IMG/VR virus record: IMGVR_UViG_3300012680_000001
Location: 1 to 63,427 of that record
Direction: 5' to 3' (one strand)
Origin: a virus
Taxonomy: Duplodnaviria; Caudoviricetes
Length of the DNA stretch: 63,427 bases
Shown one piece after another: positions 45,701 through 55,951 of this stretch. The translations under genes were made by a program, and so were the position numbers. The notes under the pieces are model-generated. The model made no database searches and was not told where the DNA came from. It was given only the letters and a program-made list of their open reading frames with translations. Within the stretch, counting starts at the first letter, position 1; every line of letters begins with the position of its first letter.

Positions 45701-45913
45701 CTACCCTTCTTGCGGATGCGGAGGATTCGGGAGCTTATTGTTCCACCAGGACGATTGCAAGTTGCACAGGAGGACAAGCGTGTCGGCCTCGCTGAACCCT
45801 ACTGCGAGGAGCGCCGCGCGATAGATAAAGAGCGCCTTCGCATTCTCCACAGAGACATTGACGACGTTGGCGATTTGCGCCCGTTCTACGGCTTGCTTGG
45901 CGTCTTTTTCCAT
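45701..45913 (-). CDS. Hypothetical protein, paralog of 44813..45025
   Basis: Same motifs and same length (70 aa) as the paralog. Confidence 0.65.
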   Translation of the reverse strand: MEKDAKQAVERAQIANVVNVSVENAKALFIYRAALLAVGFSEADTLVLLCNLQSSWWNNKLPNPPHPQEG

Positions 45914-45915
45914 TG

Positions 45916-46716
45916 CTAGCGCTCCACCAGAGGTACCGTGCTATAGCTGCACCGACAATTCACATGGATGGGTATCTTCGGGGCGTCACCTGATCGGTAG
46001 ATCCCCCGACCGTAGCCGTTATCGCGTCGCGCGTTATCGCTGCACACGTCTGACTTCGCGTGCGCCGTGCTTACGTGGTATCGCACACCCACCCCATCCC
46101 TCGTTGCCAACCGCAGGATTGTGTTCGAGTGCGCTCGGGTCGCTTCCGTGAGCAGGATTGTTCGCGCATGTTGGGACGCCATGCCGGCGCGCCCCGGCCA
46201 GGATGTGATGGCCCCTACACGATCCGTATGCAGGAGTGCGCCGGTCTTGTCGCGATAGCCTGAGAACCATGGGCTGAAATACTGCTGAATCGTTCTGGTA
46301 ATCGTTCTGGCCGCCGCACCCGCCGCAACCCCGCGCGCCAGAAGCGCCCCGGTCTGACCGATGACACTCGTGCGATCCGTGCCCAATGCGCGATAGATCA
46401 CGCCCCGCGCGGTGTTATTCGCCGCAGTATCGCGCCCAATCGGCGTCGTCTGGATCTGCGCGACGTTCTCTGCCCTTCGCGTGGTATCGAGGATCGCCAG
46501 CGTCAGCGGGATACGCACCGCATCCAGGAGCCGCCCAATCTCGCTCAAGATGAGGAAGCGCGCAAAGAGGCTCAGTCGTGGGATGCCGCGCACATCCGGC
46601 ACGGACCAGCGCATCACCGCATCGGCTATAGCCAGGGCGAGGGGGGCATAGATGGCGTCAATGCGCCGCTGGCCCTGCACCTGGACTTCCGCGAGCCGAC
46701 TCGCCTGCGAGACCAT
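45916..46716 (-). CDS. Minor head protein (Mu gpF/SPP1 gp7-like)
   Basis: RTILLTEATRAH...PIHVNCRCS, directly after the portal gene. Confidence 0.8.
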   Translation of the reverse strand: MVSQASRLAEVQVQGQRRIDAIYAPLALAIADAVMRWSVPDVRGIPRLSLFARFLILSEIGRLLDAVRIPLTLAILDTTRRAENVAQIQTTPIGRDTAANNTARGVIYRALGTDRTSVIGQTGALLARGVAAGAAARTITRTIQQYFSPWFSGYRDKTGALLHTDRVGAITSWPGRAGMASQHARTILLTEATRAHSNTILRLATRDGVGVRYHVSTAHAKSDVCSDNARRDNGYGRGIYRSGDAPKIPIHVNCRCSYSTVPLVER

Positions 46717-48375
46717 CTACTCCCTCACATCCGGTTGGTCGGGCTGATCGCCATCTGGTGGCTCGTCATTGGCCATGTTCGCGCCGGTTACCGAGAATGC
46801 CGATGCCATCTCCGCACGCTGTTTCTCCCGCTCCCCCGTGATGCGAGCAATCTCCTCTTCTGGCACGCCGGCTTCCGCAAGCGCCCATTCACTGGTAAGC
46901 GACTCGATCATCACCAACCGGGCTACCTTCTCGTCCTTGGTTTCGGAGAGGACGGGTCGGTCCGGGATACTGCAATCGAATAAGCCCTGCCCGAAACTGT
47001 CGAGGCCGTAAGGCCGGAACGCTTCATAACGCGCACGGCGTGCTGTCATTAACTCGGCCGGAATGTCGCCGCTGTTCACGCGGAACCCCATGATGGCCGT
47101 ACCCATCTGTAACAGTTTTATGGTCTGCGGGTCCGCATTGGCGCGCGCCGCCTTCACCAGGCCAACGATGGGCGAGAGGGCGCGCTCCATGCCCGGCCCG
47201 GTTATCTGCGTCATCTGCAAAATTTCTTGCCCATAGCGCGCTTCCGGGTTTTCGGCCATGATGGAATCCATCACGAGACCCAGCATCTCGCGCGTTTGGC
47301 CAATATCGAAGTCGATACTCAGGAACTCCGAATCCTTCTGCATCGGGAAGAGGTTAATGTTCTCGGCGGCGATGCGCCGTGAGGATTCCAGTTCATCCGC
47401 CGTCGCGTTGGCGTTGGTGATGCCTCCCGGCATGGTCATGGTAAGCGTTTGGTTACGAGGCAGCGCGGACCCCCCGGTATAGCCGATGGGTGCCGCAAAT
47501 TTTTTCTGTTGGAAGTCCATCGCATGACTAAGGACGCTATTTAGATGCATGGTTTGGGTCAGCGTCTTCTCCGTGGCGGATATGCCGCGGTCGCGCCCCA
47601 CCACGATTTCGTGACGGTCCCAAATGGCCGGGCAGAACCCATACGGGTTGTCCTGGAACGCGCCGCTGCCATTCGGCGTGTCCGTGGTGTAGTCATAGGG
47701 CTTGTCATCGCGGTAAAACCAGAACCCATCGCTCGTGACCTCTTTGCGGAATGTATAGGCATCAGCCTTTTGGACCATGCCGAACGCGGTGCTCTCGGGG
47801 ATCGAAACATGATACTCCACGGCGTACGCCTTGACGTTCCCCACATGGTCTAGCTCCAAGTCCATGATATAGCGCGGATCGATGGTGTTCGGCAGAACGA
47901 TGCCGCGCGGATAATCGTCAACGAGTTCCGTCAGGCAATCTCCGAGGATGGCGCACGTCTTGGGCGGGAGACTCATGTATTGGCGGTATTGCCAGATCGT
48001 GAAGAGTTGCCCGAACGCGACGAGCATCTGCTCATCTGCCGCGTCGTCCCCCGTCTGGGGGTCAATGGGAATGGCCCCGCGCGATCCGTCGGGGAGCAAC
48101 TGTCCGTTCGTAGAGAGATCGCCAATGTAGACGAATTGGGCGTAGAGGTTGACGACGGCGGAGAGTTGACGCCAGAGCTGGACGGTATTGCGATATAGTG
48201 CGGGTTGTCCACCGCGCCACTGCCGAATACGAGGATCGTTCCGCCACGTGCCCATCCACATGGCCTCAAGAAGCGCGTACCGATCCTCATCAGAAAGCGC
48301 GAGAGCCGAGCCGTAACTTCGATATGCGTTCAGCGCGGCCGATCCAGCCATCCTCAACCGCTCCAGAAAGGCCAC
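46717..48375 (-). CDS. Portal protein
   Basis: 552 aa, between the terminase and minor head genes, with an acidic tail. Confidence 0.8.
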   Translation of the reverse strand: MAFLERLRMAGSAALNAYRSYGSALALSDEDRYALLEAMWMGTWRNDPRIRQWRGGQPALYRNTVQLWRQLSAVVNLYAQFVYIGDLSTNGQLLPDGSRGAIPIDPQTGDDAADEQMLVAFGQLFTIWQYRQYMSLPPKTCAILGDCLTELVDDYPRGIVLPNTIDPRYIMDLELDHVGNVKAYAVEYHVSIPESTAFGMVQKADAYTFRKEVTSDGFWFYRDDKPYDYTTDTPNGSGAFQDNPYGFCPAIWDRHEIVVGRDRGISATEKTLTQTMHLNSVLSHAMDFQQKKFAAPIGYTGGSALPRNQTLTMTMPGGITNANATADELESSRRIAAENINLFPMQKDSEFLSIDFDIGQTREMLGLVMDSIMAENPEARYGQEILQMTQITGPGMERALSPIVGLVKAARANADPQTIKLLQMGTAIMGFRVNSGDIPAELMTARRARYEAFRPYGLDSFGQGLFDCSIPDRPVLSETKDEKVARLVMIESLTSEWALAEAGVPEEEIARITGEREKQRAEMASAFSVTGANMANDEPPDGDQPDQPDVRE

Positions 48376-48472
48376 GGGTGCTGCCTCATCATGTACTTAC
48401 CTCTCGCTAGACGCGCGCCAGGATGCTCTATCTCTGCGCCGATGATACCGTATATAGGGGCGAGGCCATGCG

Positions 48473-49933
48473 CTAGCCCGGCAGCCCAGCGAACGCGGCG
48501 AGCAACACGGGGTCGATAGGGCGTATCGCGTTCTCGCGCGCCGCCATCCGAATCATAGCCATCGTAAAAGCGTCGACCTGGTCATCATGCGCCCCCGCAG
48601 GGAAGACCGCCGTCTCTTCGATGAAATCATCACGCCATATCACATCCGCCGGAAGGTGCACACGTCCCCCCTCGACGTAGGGACTTACCGCATTGACCCG
48701 CGCGATCTTGTCGCGGTCTGGTTTGAACGGCACGATAGGGAGCACAACCCCGCCATCCTCGCGTTGCAACTGCTGAATCAATGACTGCCCCGATGCGGCA
48801 TCCTCGACCAGAATCTCATCGGGTAGCCACTTGGCATGTTGGGCGATCACCGCGCGCTCCAATTCCGGGAACTCGACGCGGTCGTGCCATCGGTCCAGCA
48901 CGTAGAACGCGCCGCCAGACACACCAAGGGTGATGCAGGCGGAGAAGTCATTCTCGCGACCTGTCTTGAACGCCGTGTCCCAACTCTGCACAATCCACTC
49001 AAATTCGGGCAGTGGTCCGCGCCAATAACGCCACCATTCGCGCTTGAGGATCGCGCCTTCGGCCGGCGAGGGTCGTTGTTGATACTGTCCCGCATAGCCG
49101 CGAGAGCCCAGCCGTACCTTAAAGTCCGCGACCTCTTTCGGACCAATGCGCTCCGGGGCTAAGAGTTGCCCGGCCTCGGTCCGTGGATCAGGATCGCCGA
49201 ATCCCGTCCACTGCACCGCGTCAGGCTCGTATTCCATCGGCAGGTTCAGATGCGTATATCCGCCCTGCTCCAAGATGTGCCCAGCCAGATCGAGTTCGTG
49301 CAGCCGTTGCATAACGACGATGCGCGCGCCGGTCTTCGGATCATTGAGCCGGGTAGAGAGCACCTGGTCATACCAACGGACAACCGATGCGAGCGCCGCG
49401 TCCGAACTCGCATCAGCGGCAGATAAGGGGTCATCGACAATAACATAGTCACCGCCCTTTCCGGTAACCGTTCCCCCTACGCTCGTGGCCACGCGTGCCC
49501 CACGTTCGGTATTCTCGAATCGCGTCTTGAGGTTCTGGTCTTGCGCCATGACCACCCGATCTCCCCAGCGATCCTGATACCAGTCCGACTCGATCACGCG
49601 CCGAGTGGCCAGGCTATGATCCGTGGCGAGGTCAGAGGAGTAGGACGCGTAGAGGAAGCGCTCACCAGGAGCAGTGATCCAGCGCCAGGCTGGGAAGAAG
49701 ACGCTCACGGTCAGACTCTTCAATGTGCGCGGTGGCATGGTGATCAAAAGGTTACGTATTTGCCCAGCGGCTACGGCTTCGAGGTGCGCGCAGATCGCAT
49801 CAATATGCCAGTTGGGTTGAAACTCGACGGCGGGCTCTACCACCGGCCAGGCATCGCGTACGAAGAAGCGCATCCGGCGCTCCGCCAGTGTGGTAGGAGC
49901 CGCGCGGATCATCTCCGCGTTCTGGGCGACCAT
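48473..49933 (-). CDS. terL: Terminase large subunit
   Basis: ITMPPRTLKS Walker A, VIVDDP Walker B, QSWDTA and HDDQVDA nuclease motifs. Confidence 0.95.
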   Translation of the reverse strand: MVAQNAEMIRAAPTTLAERRMRFFVRDAWPVVEPAVEFQPNWHIDAICAHLEAVAAGQIRNLLITMPPRTLKSLTVSVFFPAWRWITAPGERFLYASYSSDLATDHSLATRRVIESDWYQDRWGDRVVMAQDQNLKTRFENTERGARVATSVGGTVTGKGGDYVIVDDPLSAADASSDAALASVVRWYDQVLSTRLNDPKTGARIVVMQRLHELDLAGHILEQGGYTHLNLPMEYEPDAVQWTGFGDPDPRTEAGQLLAPERIGPKEVADFKVRLGSRGYAGQYQQRPSPAEGAILKREWWRYWRGPLPEFEWIVQSWDTAFKTGRENDFSACITLGVSGGAFYVLDRWHDRVEFPELERAVIAQHAKWLPDEILVEDAASGQSLIQQLQREDGGVVLPIVPFKPDRDKIARVNAVSPYVEGGRVHLPADVIWRDDFIEETAVFPAGAHDDQVDAFTMAMIRMAARENAIRPIDPVLLAAFAGLPG

Positions 49934-50451
49934 TAGAAGGCATGCCCACATTGGGGGCAGGTGGTAAGCGGTTTCTTATCAAAATCTCCCCGATCCTGCA
50001 GATTGGACAACGTAAATTCAGGTGCATCAATACCACGATCCTCGGCGAGATCGGACAGGAACGCACGCACCGCGAGGTTATCGGTATCGATCTCAGCTAA
50101 GAGCTCAGCAAGAAGCTCATCATCCGTGGCGGCCATCGCAGAAATGGGATCGAAGGACGCCAGGATAAGCGCCTCTTCTTGGGGGGTGAGGTTCACGTAC
50201 GTTACCGGGATAGTTGGCTGCCCAGCGCGCATGGCCAACATGACGCGCATGTGGCCATCCACCAGCGTGTTAGTGGATTGATTGACTAACACGTTCTGGA
50301 CTACGCCGACACTCTCTAGGACGCCAGAGAGGGCGTCCTGTTGCTCCCTGGGATGAATACGAACGTTGCGAGGATTCGCTACGAGTTGTGCGGGATCTTC
50401 TTCGCCGTAGCCAACAATGCGATTCTGCCAGACGGTCCCATTTACTGTCAC
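49933..50451 (-). CDS. ParB-like N-terminal domain protein with a C-terminal zinc ribbon
   Basis: ANPRNVRIHP...LVDGHMR...TCPQCGHAF. Confidence 0.75.
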   Translation of the reverse strand: MTVNGTVWQNRIVGYGEEDPAQLVANPRNVRIHPREQQDALSGVLESVGVVQNVLVNQSTNTLVDGHMRVMLAMRAGQPTIPVTYVNLTPQEEALILASFDPISAMAATDDELLAELLAEIDTDNLAVRAFLSDLAEDRGIDAPEFTLSNLQDRGDFDKKPLTTCPQCGHAF

Positions 50452-51967
50452 TAACTCGTCACCTCCACGCCCGCGAAGAGTGGTCCCCAGTCAGTCTCAC
50501 GCTTACCGGTGTAATGAGCTATCCGCTGTTCGGCAATGGCGATATATTCGGCATCTTGTTCAATGCCAATGAAGTTGAATCCCTCCATCACCACTGCACA
50601 TCCCGTACTGCCGCTGCCCATGAACGGGTCAAGGACCGTGCCGTCCGGTGGCGTAACAAGGCGCACGAGGTACCGCATCAGGGCGATGGGCTTCACGGTG
50701 GGGTGATGATTGGCTCGAGGAATGGATGGCGTATCGCCGCGCTCAACACGCGCTCGTTGTCCCCCTCGGTAGTTCAATGGATTACTGGCATCGCGGCCGG
50801 CCGCTTCGAGGTTTCCAACAGACGCCACGCGCTCGTCCATCCCCTCCAGCCCCGCATTCCGCTCAGCACGTGACGCCTTAGCGCAGTAGAAAAATCTCGA
50901 GGGTCCGCCGGAGTCGGAGTACATACTCGCCTGAACCCCACGCCCCCCAAAGTTCGTTACCGTCTCGTTCCCGTTGTCGCCGTGGTCAACTGGTGTATAG
51001 ATGCCGCTACTTCTGCGATGCCCTATCTGAGCATCCAGCATCGCCACCGCGCACTCTACATCATGTTCATCACCGTCGCACGCGCAACCGAGGCTGATGT
51101 TACTCGGCCACCTTCCTTGCGTTACCTGCGACATTCCTCCGTTTCGTCCCTCCCCGGTTTGGAATCCGTAGACGTTCCGGGTGGGGCTATTGAATGCCGG
51201 CTGGGGCTTGCTCGACGGAATGCCATCGATCCGACACCCGTTGATATTCAGCGCCCCTGTCCCATGTGCCTCTACGTTGTGAACCACCGTGCCAATAAGG
51301 GGCTTGCGGGCTAGGCAGATCGGTTCATGGGCGGGCTTGAGCGCAGTCCCCCAACCATCCCACTGGCGGGCGAGGTCGGTGGTTGGGGCGCTTAGGCTCG
51401 TCCCTGACCACTTGCTCTCCAATGCGTTGCTTTTCATTCCCGCACTATTGGGCCGCGTGTTGGGGTTGACGCCGACAATCTCCCGCTCTGCCCCCGCCGC
51501 CTTGTCGAGCGCCTTGCTTACATTCAAGCTTTTTGGCATTCCCGAACCGTACATCCAGATGAGCGAATCCCTGATCTCGAACCCCGCATCCTCGATGGCG
51601 CACACCATACGGTGACTGGTTCGAGTACCGGAGAATGCCAATAAATGCCCACCGGGTTCAAGACGCGGTACGCCGCCGCCCACGTCTCGGGATTGAAGGC
51701 GATGCCGGTTGCATCCCAATCCTTGCCCATGAAGCCGCCGCCCTTAGCTTGGGTGCGTTGGTTATACAACTCTCCCCCACAGCGGGGGCATGCCGGGGGC
51801 TTCCCGTCACTTCCTCCAATCACGCGGTCGCATACTCGGCACTTCTTCACGTCGGGTACGCGATTGGTGAGATCATATGGCGGATCGGTGACAATAGCAT
51901 CAATCGAGTTCGGCTCCATCGCCGCCATAACGTCCCGGCAGTCCCCGTGATGGAGCGCAACGCTCAC
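50451..51967 (-). pseudogene. N6A/N4C DNA methyltransferase (beta class) split by a 1-nt frameshift near 51655
   Basis: The 5' ORF has TDPPY; the 3' ORF has HPTVKP and LDPFMGSGST. One extra base restores YRVLKPGGHLLAF. Confidence 0.8.
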
Positions 51968-52419
51968 CCGCTTACCTCCCCAATCGCCACCTTCTCACTC
52001 AACGCGGACAGGAACTCCAGGTCATCATCAGACAACGCGGAGAGGTCTGGGCGCGCGGCGACATGGCGCACGACAGCTTCCGCCCGGATAGGCGCGTTGA
52101 GTCCCAGCAGTTTGGCGCGCGCGGCGAGAAGTCCTTCAATGCGCTTGACCGCGATCAGATCGCCAGCCATAGCGAGAGGGAACACCACTGTGATGATTTT
52201 CTCTATGCGCTCTAGGTCAATGCCAATGGCGGTGATGATGTCCTGCAGGGCCGCAGCGCGGAACCGCGCGTCTAGTTCCTTCATATCGCGGCAGATCGTG
52301 GGTTGCGCGACGCCCAGCATGGCGGCAATACGGTACTGATCGCCGTAGCCGCGTAGCCGCAACTCAGCGACGCGCAGTTGACGATCGATCTTGTTCCGCG
52401 ATTGATGTGTTGGTGGCAT
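51964..52419 (-). CDS. terS: Terminase small subunit (HTH type)
   Basis: ELRLRGY...IAAMLGVAQPTI...RAKLLGLNAP...DLSALSDDDL. Confidence 0.7.
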   Translation of the reverse strand: MPPTHQSRNKIDRQLRVAELRLRGYGDQYRIAAMLGVAQPTICRDMKELDARFRAAALQDIITAIGIDLERIEKIITVVFPLAMAGDLIAVKRIEGLLAARAKLLGLNAPIRAEAVVRHVAARPDLSALSDDDLEFLSALSEKVAIGEVSG

Positions 52420-52494
52420 GGGTGGAATGCAGCCTATGCAATACCGCGCGGATCGGACGCCTCTCGTCCGTATCGTGGCAATATCGTAGCACTG

Positions 52495-52905
52495 TTACGA
52501 TGATGCAGGGGATGGCAACGAGCGCAGAATAAACGTTGTTGTTTCTTCCCCTCGTGTCTGCCGTACCTCCCCAATCGTCACGTGACTATCCCTGCCTTCC
52601 CACAGGACATCTGCGATCCCATCCCTCGCCGCTTTGCACATCCCTATAGCATTGTCAGAGTCAACGCGCTTACGACCCTTCTCCCATGATATTTCTATGT
52701 CCAGCACCACCGCGCTCATTTGTGCTATTTCTTCACCGCGCGGCGCTCCCCCACTTGCGTTCAGGTAGCATATAGCGGCCCACCCTGCCACATCCCGTAG
52801 CATCTTGACCGCCTTCGCCCGTGCCCGCCAATGACCATGCCAGTTCGGGCTCGTTTCTCGGGGTGGGGTACAGGGAATGACAATAATGACTGCCTGCCTA
52901 TCCAT
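52495..52905 (-). CDS. RusA-like Holliday junction resolvase
   Basis: SPN...HWR...RVDSDNAIGMCKAARDGIAD...DSHV. Confidence 0.75.
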   Translation of the reverse strand: MDRQAVIIVIPCTPPRETSPNWHGHWRARAKAVKMLRDVAGWAAICYLNASGGAPRGEEIAQMSAVVLDIEISWEKGRKRVDSDNAIGMCKAARDGIADVLWEGRDSHVTIGEVRQTRGEETTTFILRSLPSPASS

Positions 52906-53477
52906 GAGCGCCTCCCTCCACGATGCGTCTTGTCACGCGGGCCGTACCGATCCGCGATCCTCTTCCTGTCATGCGCGAGTGGCGTAGTGAGTCCTCGAAA
53001 GCCGGGGGAATTCATGATGGAGTTCTCTCGCCGGTCGTGAGGCAATCCCAGGACATGCCCGAACTCATGCACCATTGTCTCGATCTGAAAAGCGGAGCTG
53101 TAGCCCGATTCATTGAGCGCGGCAAAGATGATCTTCCCGGATACGATCTCCCTGCGTTCGTTCTCCCATGTCGTCGTCTGCCCAGCGAAGTTCTCGATCT
53201 GTTGCGTGCACACAATCACCTCGCCATGCTGCGGTTGATCCGCATTGCACTTCTTCTGCGCCCCGTTCCTGGTGGTAAAGGTGGGGGCGTAGCGCACGGC
53301 AGACCATACCCGCGCGGCATGCTCGACGTAGTTGTAGTACTCGTCAGGACCCACATACGTTACCGCGATGGTCTTGAGTTCCCACCGAGCCGGCCCCTGG
53401 TAGGCAGTAGTGATGCGCTGCCCAGTTGCCGCTACGAGGGCGGCAAGGATGGCGCCGCGCCGCGTGAATGTTCTCAC
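52761..53477 (-). CDS. Secreted matrixin-like (metzincin) zinc metalloprotease
   Basis: TRRG signal, HEFGHVLGLPH, Met-turn SIM. Confidence 0.8.
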   Translation of the reverse strand: MRTFTRRGAILAALVAATGQRITTAYQGPARWELKTIAVTYVGPDEYYNYVEHAARVWSAVRYAPTFTTRNGAQKKCNADQPQHGEVIVCTQQIENFAGQTTTWENERREIVSGKIIFAALNESGYSSAFQIETMVHEFGHVLGLPHDRRENSIMNSPGFRGLTTPLAHDRKRIADRYGPRDKTHRGGRRSWIGRQSLLSFPVPHPEKRARTGMVIGGHGRRRSRCYGMWQGGPLYAT

Positions 53478-53677
53478 GAAGGATTACGCGTGCGCGCGGC
53501 CCGGGCCTCCGCGATCAGGTCATGCACCTGCCGCAACGATAAGGTTTTTTCGGAGGCGACCCATACGTCCCACAGCCGCGCCTGTGCTTTCGTGGCAGTA
53601 AGCTCCGCCTCTTCTTTCGCCTCTGCCGCCATCTCCACGAGGCGTGCAAAGTCTCTCTCCGCATCCGGGGCACTCAT
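53474..53677 (-). CDS. Hypothetical protein
   Basis: Coupled ORF. Confidence 0.55.
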   Translation of the reverse strand: MSAPDAERDFARLVEMAAEAKEEAELTATKAQARLWDVWVASEKTLSLRQVHDLIAEARAARTRNPS

Positions 53678-53683
53678 GATTCG

Positions 53684-53896
53684 TCATCCTCCCGCAAGCT
53701 CAGTCAGCACGTCATAGTCCAGAACCCGAAAACACGATCCCGAATTGTCCTCGCGGTACTCATCCTCGTACCGAGCAATAAATGCCCGGGCGGCAGCCTC
53801 GGTCGTGAAGATCGCCCCCGTCTCACACCCCCATTGGTGGCCGGTTGGATCGCAGTGCTGACAAAACTCCACCACCCATACGGTTTTCATGTCCAC
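53684..53896 (-). CDS. Hypothetical protein
   Basis: Coupled ORF. Confidence 0.55.
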   Translation of the reverse strand: MDMKTVWVVEFCQHCDPTGHQWGCETGAIFTTEAAARAFIARYEDEYREDNSGSCFRVLDYDVLTELAGG

Positions 53897-54093
53897 TCAT
53901 CGCTCCTGTCGTTGAGGAGATCAACGCCGTTGCCGTAGTCCAATCGATCCCCAATCACCACGATATCCTCATCCGTGAACCGATACTCTCCCGCAGCGCA
54001 GTACGCCTCGAATGCCTCTCGCGTCATGCCCGCATTGGCGAAGCCATCCGCCGTGGCCAGGAGCCTCACCTGGCGATCATGGTCTGTCATCAT
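53887..54093 (-). CDS. Hypothetical protein
   Basis: ATGA-coupled to the upstream gene. Confidence 0.5.
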   Translation of the reverse strand: MMTDHDRQVRLLATADGFANAGMTREAFEAYCAAGEYRFTDEDIVVIGDRLDYGNGVDLLNDRSDEWT

Positions 54094-54512
54094 GATGCCC
54101 GCTCGTGCGGCGCGGCGACGAGAGCCCCGTCCAGTTCGGCGCAGACGTTCTTGTATTCGCGCTGCACCTTCGTCCAGAACGATTCCCACTGGCGTCCTTG
54201 CGAGTCATCCGCGCAGTTTGGGCAGAGCGAGACGAGCCCGAAGTCGGTCACACTTTCCGAGAGGTGCTCAACCGGGAATGAGCGCCGGCATCCATGGCAG
54301 GTGGCCTCTGGTGTTTCGTGAGCCTCAGGAAACACGCGCGCCCCATTCTCGATGACACCGAACTCCGCGTACTGTGCGGCAAGTGATTGCGTGGTGATGC
54401 TAGAGGCCGCGTCAAACTCTTCGTGGAGGCAGGTCTGGCAGATTCCGTCGATCACGTCCGTCGCAACCTCCCCGCACATCGTACAAGTGATCGCGGCGTT
54501 TCTCGTTCTCAT
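54090..54512 (-). CDS. Zinc-finger protein
   Basis: Four CxxC pairs; AAGGAG RBS. Confidence 0.65.
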   Translation of the reverse strand: MRTRNAAITCTMCGEVATDVIDGICQTCLHEEFDAASSITTQSLAAQYAEFGVIENGARVFPEAHETPEATCHGCRRSFPVEHLSESVTDFGLVSLCPNCADDSQGRQWESFWTKVQREYKNVCAELDGALVAAPHERAS

Positions 54513-54557
54513 GGGATGCTCCTTCTTCGTGTCCGGTAGACCACTTCCTACATTCCT

Positions 54558-54634
54558 AGAGTAACACTAGGATACATAGATGTCAAGGGGCTTAGGCCAT
54601 AAATATCAACACTACTCAAAATGATGTATCCTAG
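54558..54634. promoter_or_regulatory. Divergent control region with two CTAGGATACAT sites and a leftward promoter
   Basis: Minus-strand TTGACA (54581-54586), 17 bp, TACTCT (54558-54563). Motif at 54567-54577 and inverted at 54624-54634. Confidence 0.65.
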
Positions 54635-54657
54635 CGTCAATCGGCAGGAGGGAATCA

Positions 54658-54870
54658 ATGGACGGCAGCGAGATTAAGCGGCGGCGCATGGCGCTGGGCA
54701 TGAGTGTCATGCAACTGGCAGGGTGCCTCAACGTGACACGGATCACCCTGCACCGCTGGGAGCGCGAGGGCGTCAAGGAGCGCGTGGGAATGTTGCACCT
54801 CGCGCTCACCGCGTTAGAGGATCGCGTGCTCCTCGGCCGCGAACTCCCACCGCTTCACCGCGAGGTGTAA
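54658..54870 (+). CDS. XRE-family HTH regulator
   Basis: IKRRRMALGMSVMQLAGCLNVTRITLHRWE; AGGAGG RBS. Confidence 0.85.
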   Translation: MDGSEIKRRRMALGMSVMQLAGCLNVTRITLHRWEREGVKERVGMLHLALTALEDRVLLGRELPPLHREV

Positions 54871-54883
54871 ATAGGTAACGCCA

Positions 54884-55951
54884 TTAAACGACCTCCACGA
54901 ACATTGGCGCCTCTCCCGATATTCTCTTCCGGGCCATCGCGGCGTAGGCTTCATTCACCTCGACCAGCACCGCATCGCGCCCCAACCGATCTGCGACGAG
55001 GCCGACGGTTCCCGCACCGGCGAAGGGATCAAGGACCACGCATGGTATCGGATAGCTCTCATTGCAAAGACAACCTGGTTGCCATCCGGTCGTGCGGTTC
55101 GTGTAGAGGTGGAGCCCGTCGCCGTGATGGTCGTACTGTCCGTTATCTTTGCCCGGCATGAGCCCGCTATCGGCCAAAGAAATGCCGCGACCTAGTTCAC
55201 GCCTAGCGCCTTCCCGTAAATCTCGTTCAACCACCCGCACCCACGGCGCACCGCACGCGGAACACGCGCCCTTCTCACTCGTGCCTGCCTTCACGCATGG
55301 CTCAACCAGCGCTGGGGGAAAGGCTGCGAAGTGGGCCCCCGCGTAGGGATGTGTGGCGATAGTCCAGACCGAGCGGATATTTCGGGTCGCGCTCACGCCA
55401 ATCATGCCGCCTTCGCTATGGCGAATGGTGTGCCCGTTCGCGCCTCCGATACGGGCACTCCGCTGATGTTTAGACTCAACGCCCGCTTCTTTCACCGCAT
55501 CCGCATCGAAGAAGTACCGCGGCTGCTTCGTCAGTAGGAAGATGTACTCATGCGCCTTCGTTGGCCTGTCCCGCACGTTTTCCGGCATAGAATTCGGCTT
55601 ATGCCAGATGATGTCACTCCTGAGGTAATACCCGTCCTCTTGGAGAGCGAACGCCACGCGCCAGGGAATGCCAAGCTCCTGCTTGCCTTGAAAACTACTT
55701 CCCAGATTTAACCAGAGCGTACCGTCGTCACGCAGCACCCGCCATACGCCGCGAAAGACGGCAACCAGATTGGCCACGTAGGCATCGACGGTTTGCTCGG
55801 CGCCGAGTTCGCGCACCTTCTCGGGATCGCCCCTGTCTAAATAGCTCCGCAAGCCGAAATACGGGGGACTCGTGATACAGGTTTGCACACTGCCCGTATC
55901 GAGTGTAGCGAGTACGTCCCGGCAGTCGCCGGTGATGATATGAACGCTCAC
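54884..55951 (-). CDS. DNA methyltransferase (N4C/N6A, SPPY type)
   Basis: ITSPPYFGLR, DIIWHKPN, HFAAFP, VLDPFAGAGT. Confidence 0.9.
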   Translation of the reverse strand: MSVHIITGDCRDVLATLDTGSVQTCITSPPYFGLRSYLDRGDPEKVRELGAEQTVDAYVANLVAVFRGVWRVLRDDGTLWLNLGSSFQGKQELGIPWRVAFALQEDGYYLRSDIIWHKPNSMPENVRDRPTKAHEYIFLLTKQPRYFFDADAVKEAGVESKHQRSARIGGANGHTIRHSEGGMIGVSATRNIRSVWTIATHPYAGAHFAAFPPALVEPCVKAGTSEKGACSACGAPWVRVVERDLREGARRELGRGISLADSGLMPGKDNGQYDHHGDGLHLYTNRTTGWQPGCLCNESYPIPCVVLDPFAGAGTVGLVADRLGRDAVLVEVNEAYAAMARKRISGEAPMFVEVV

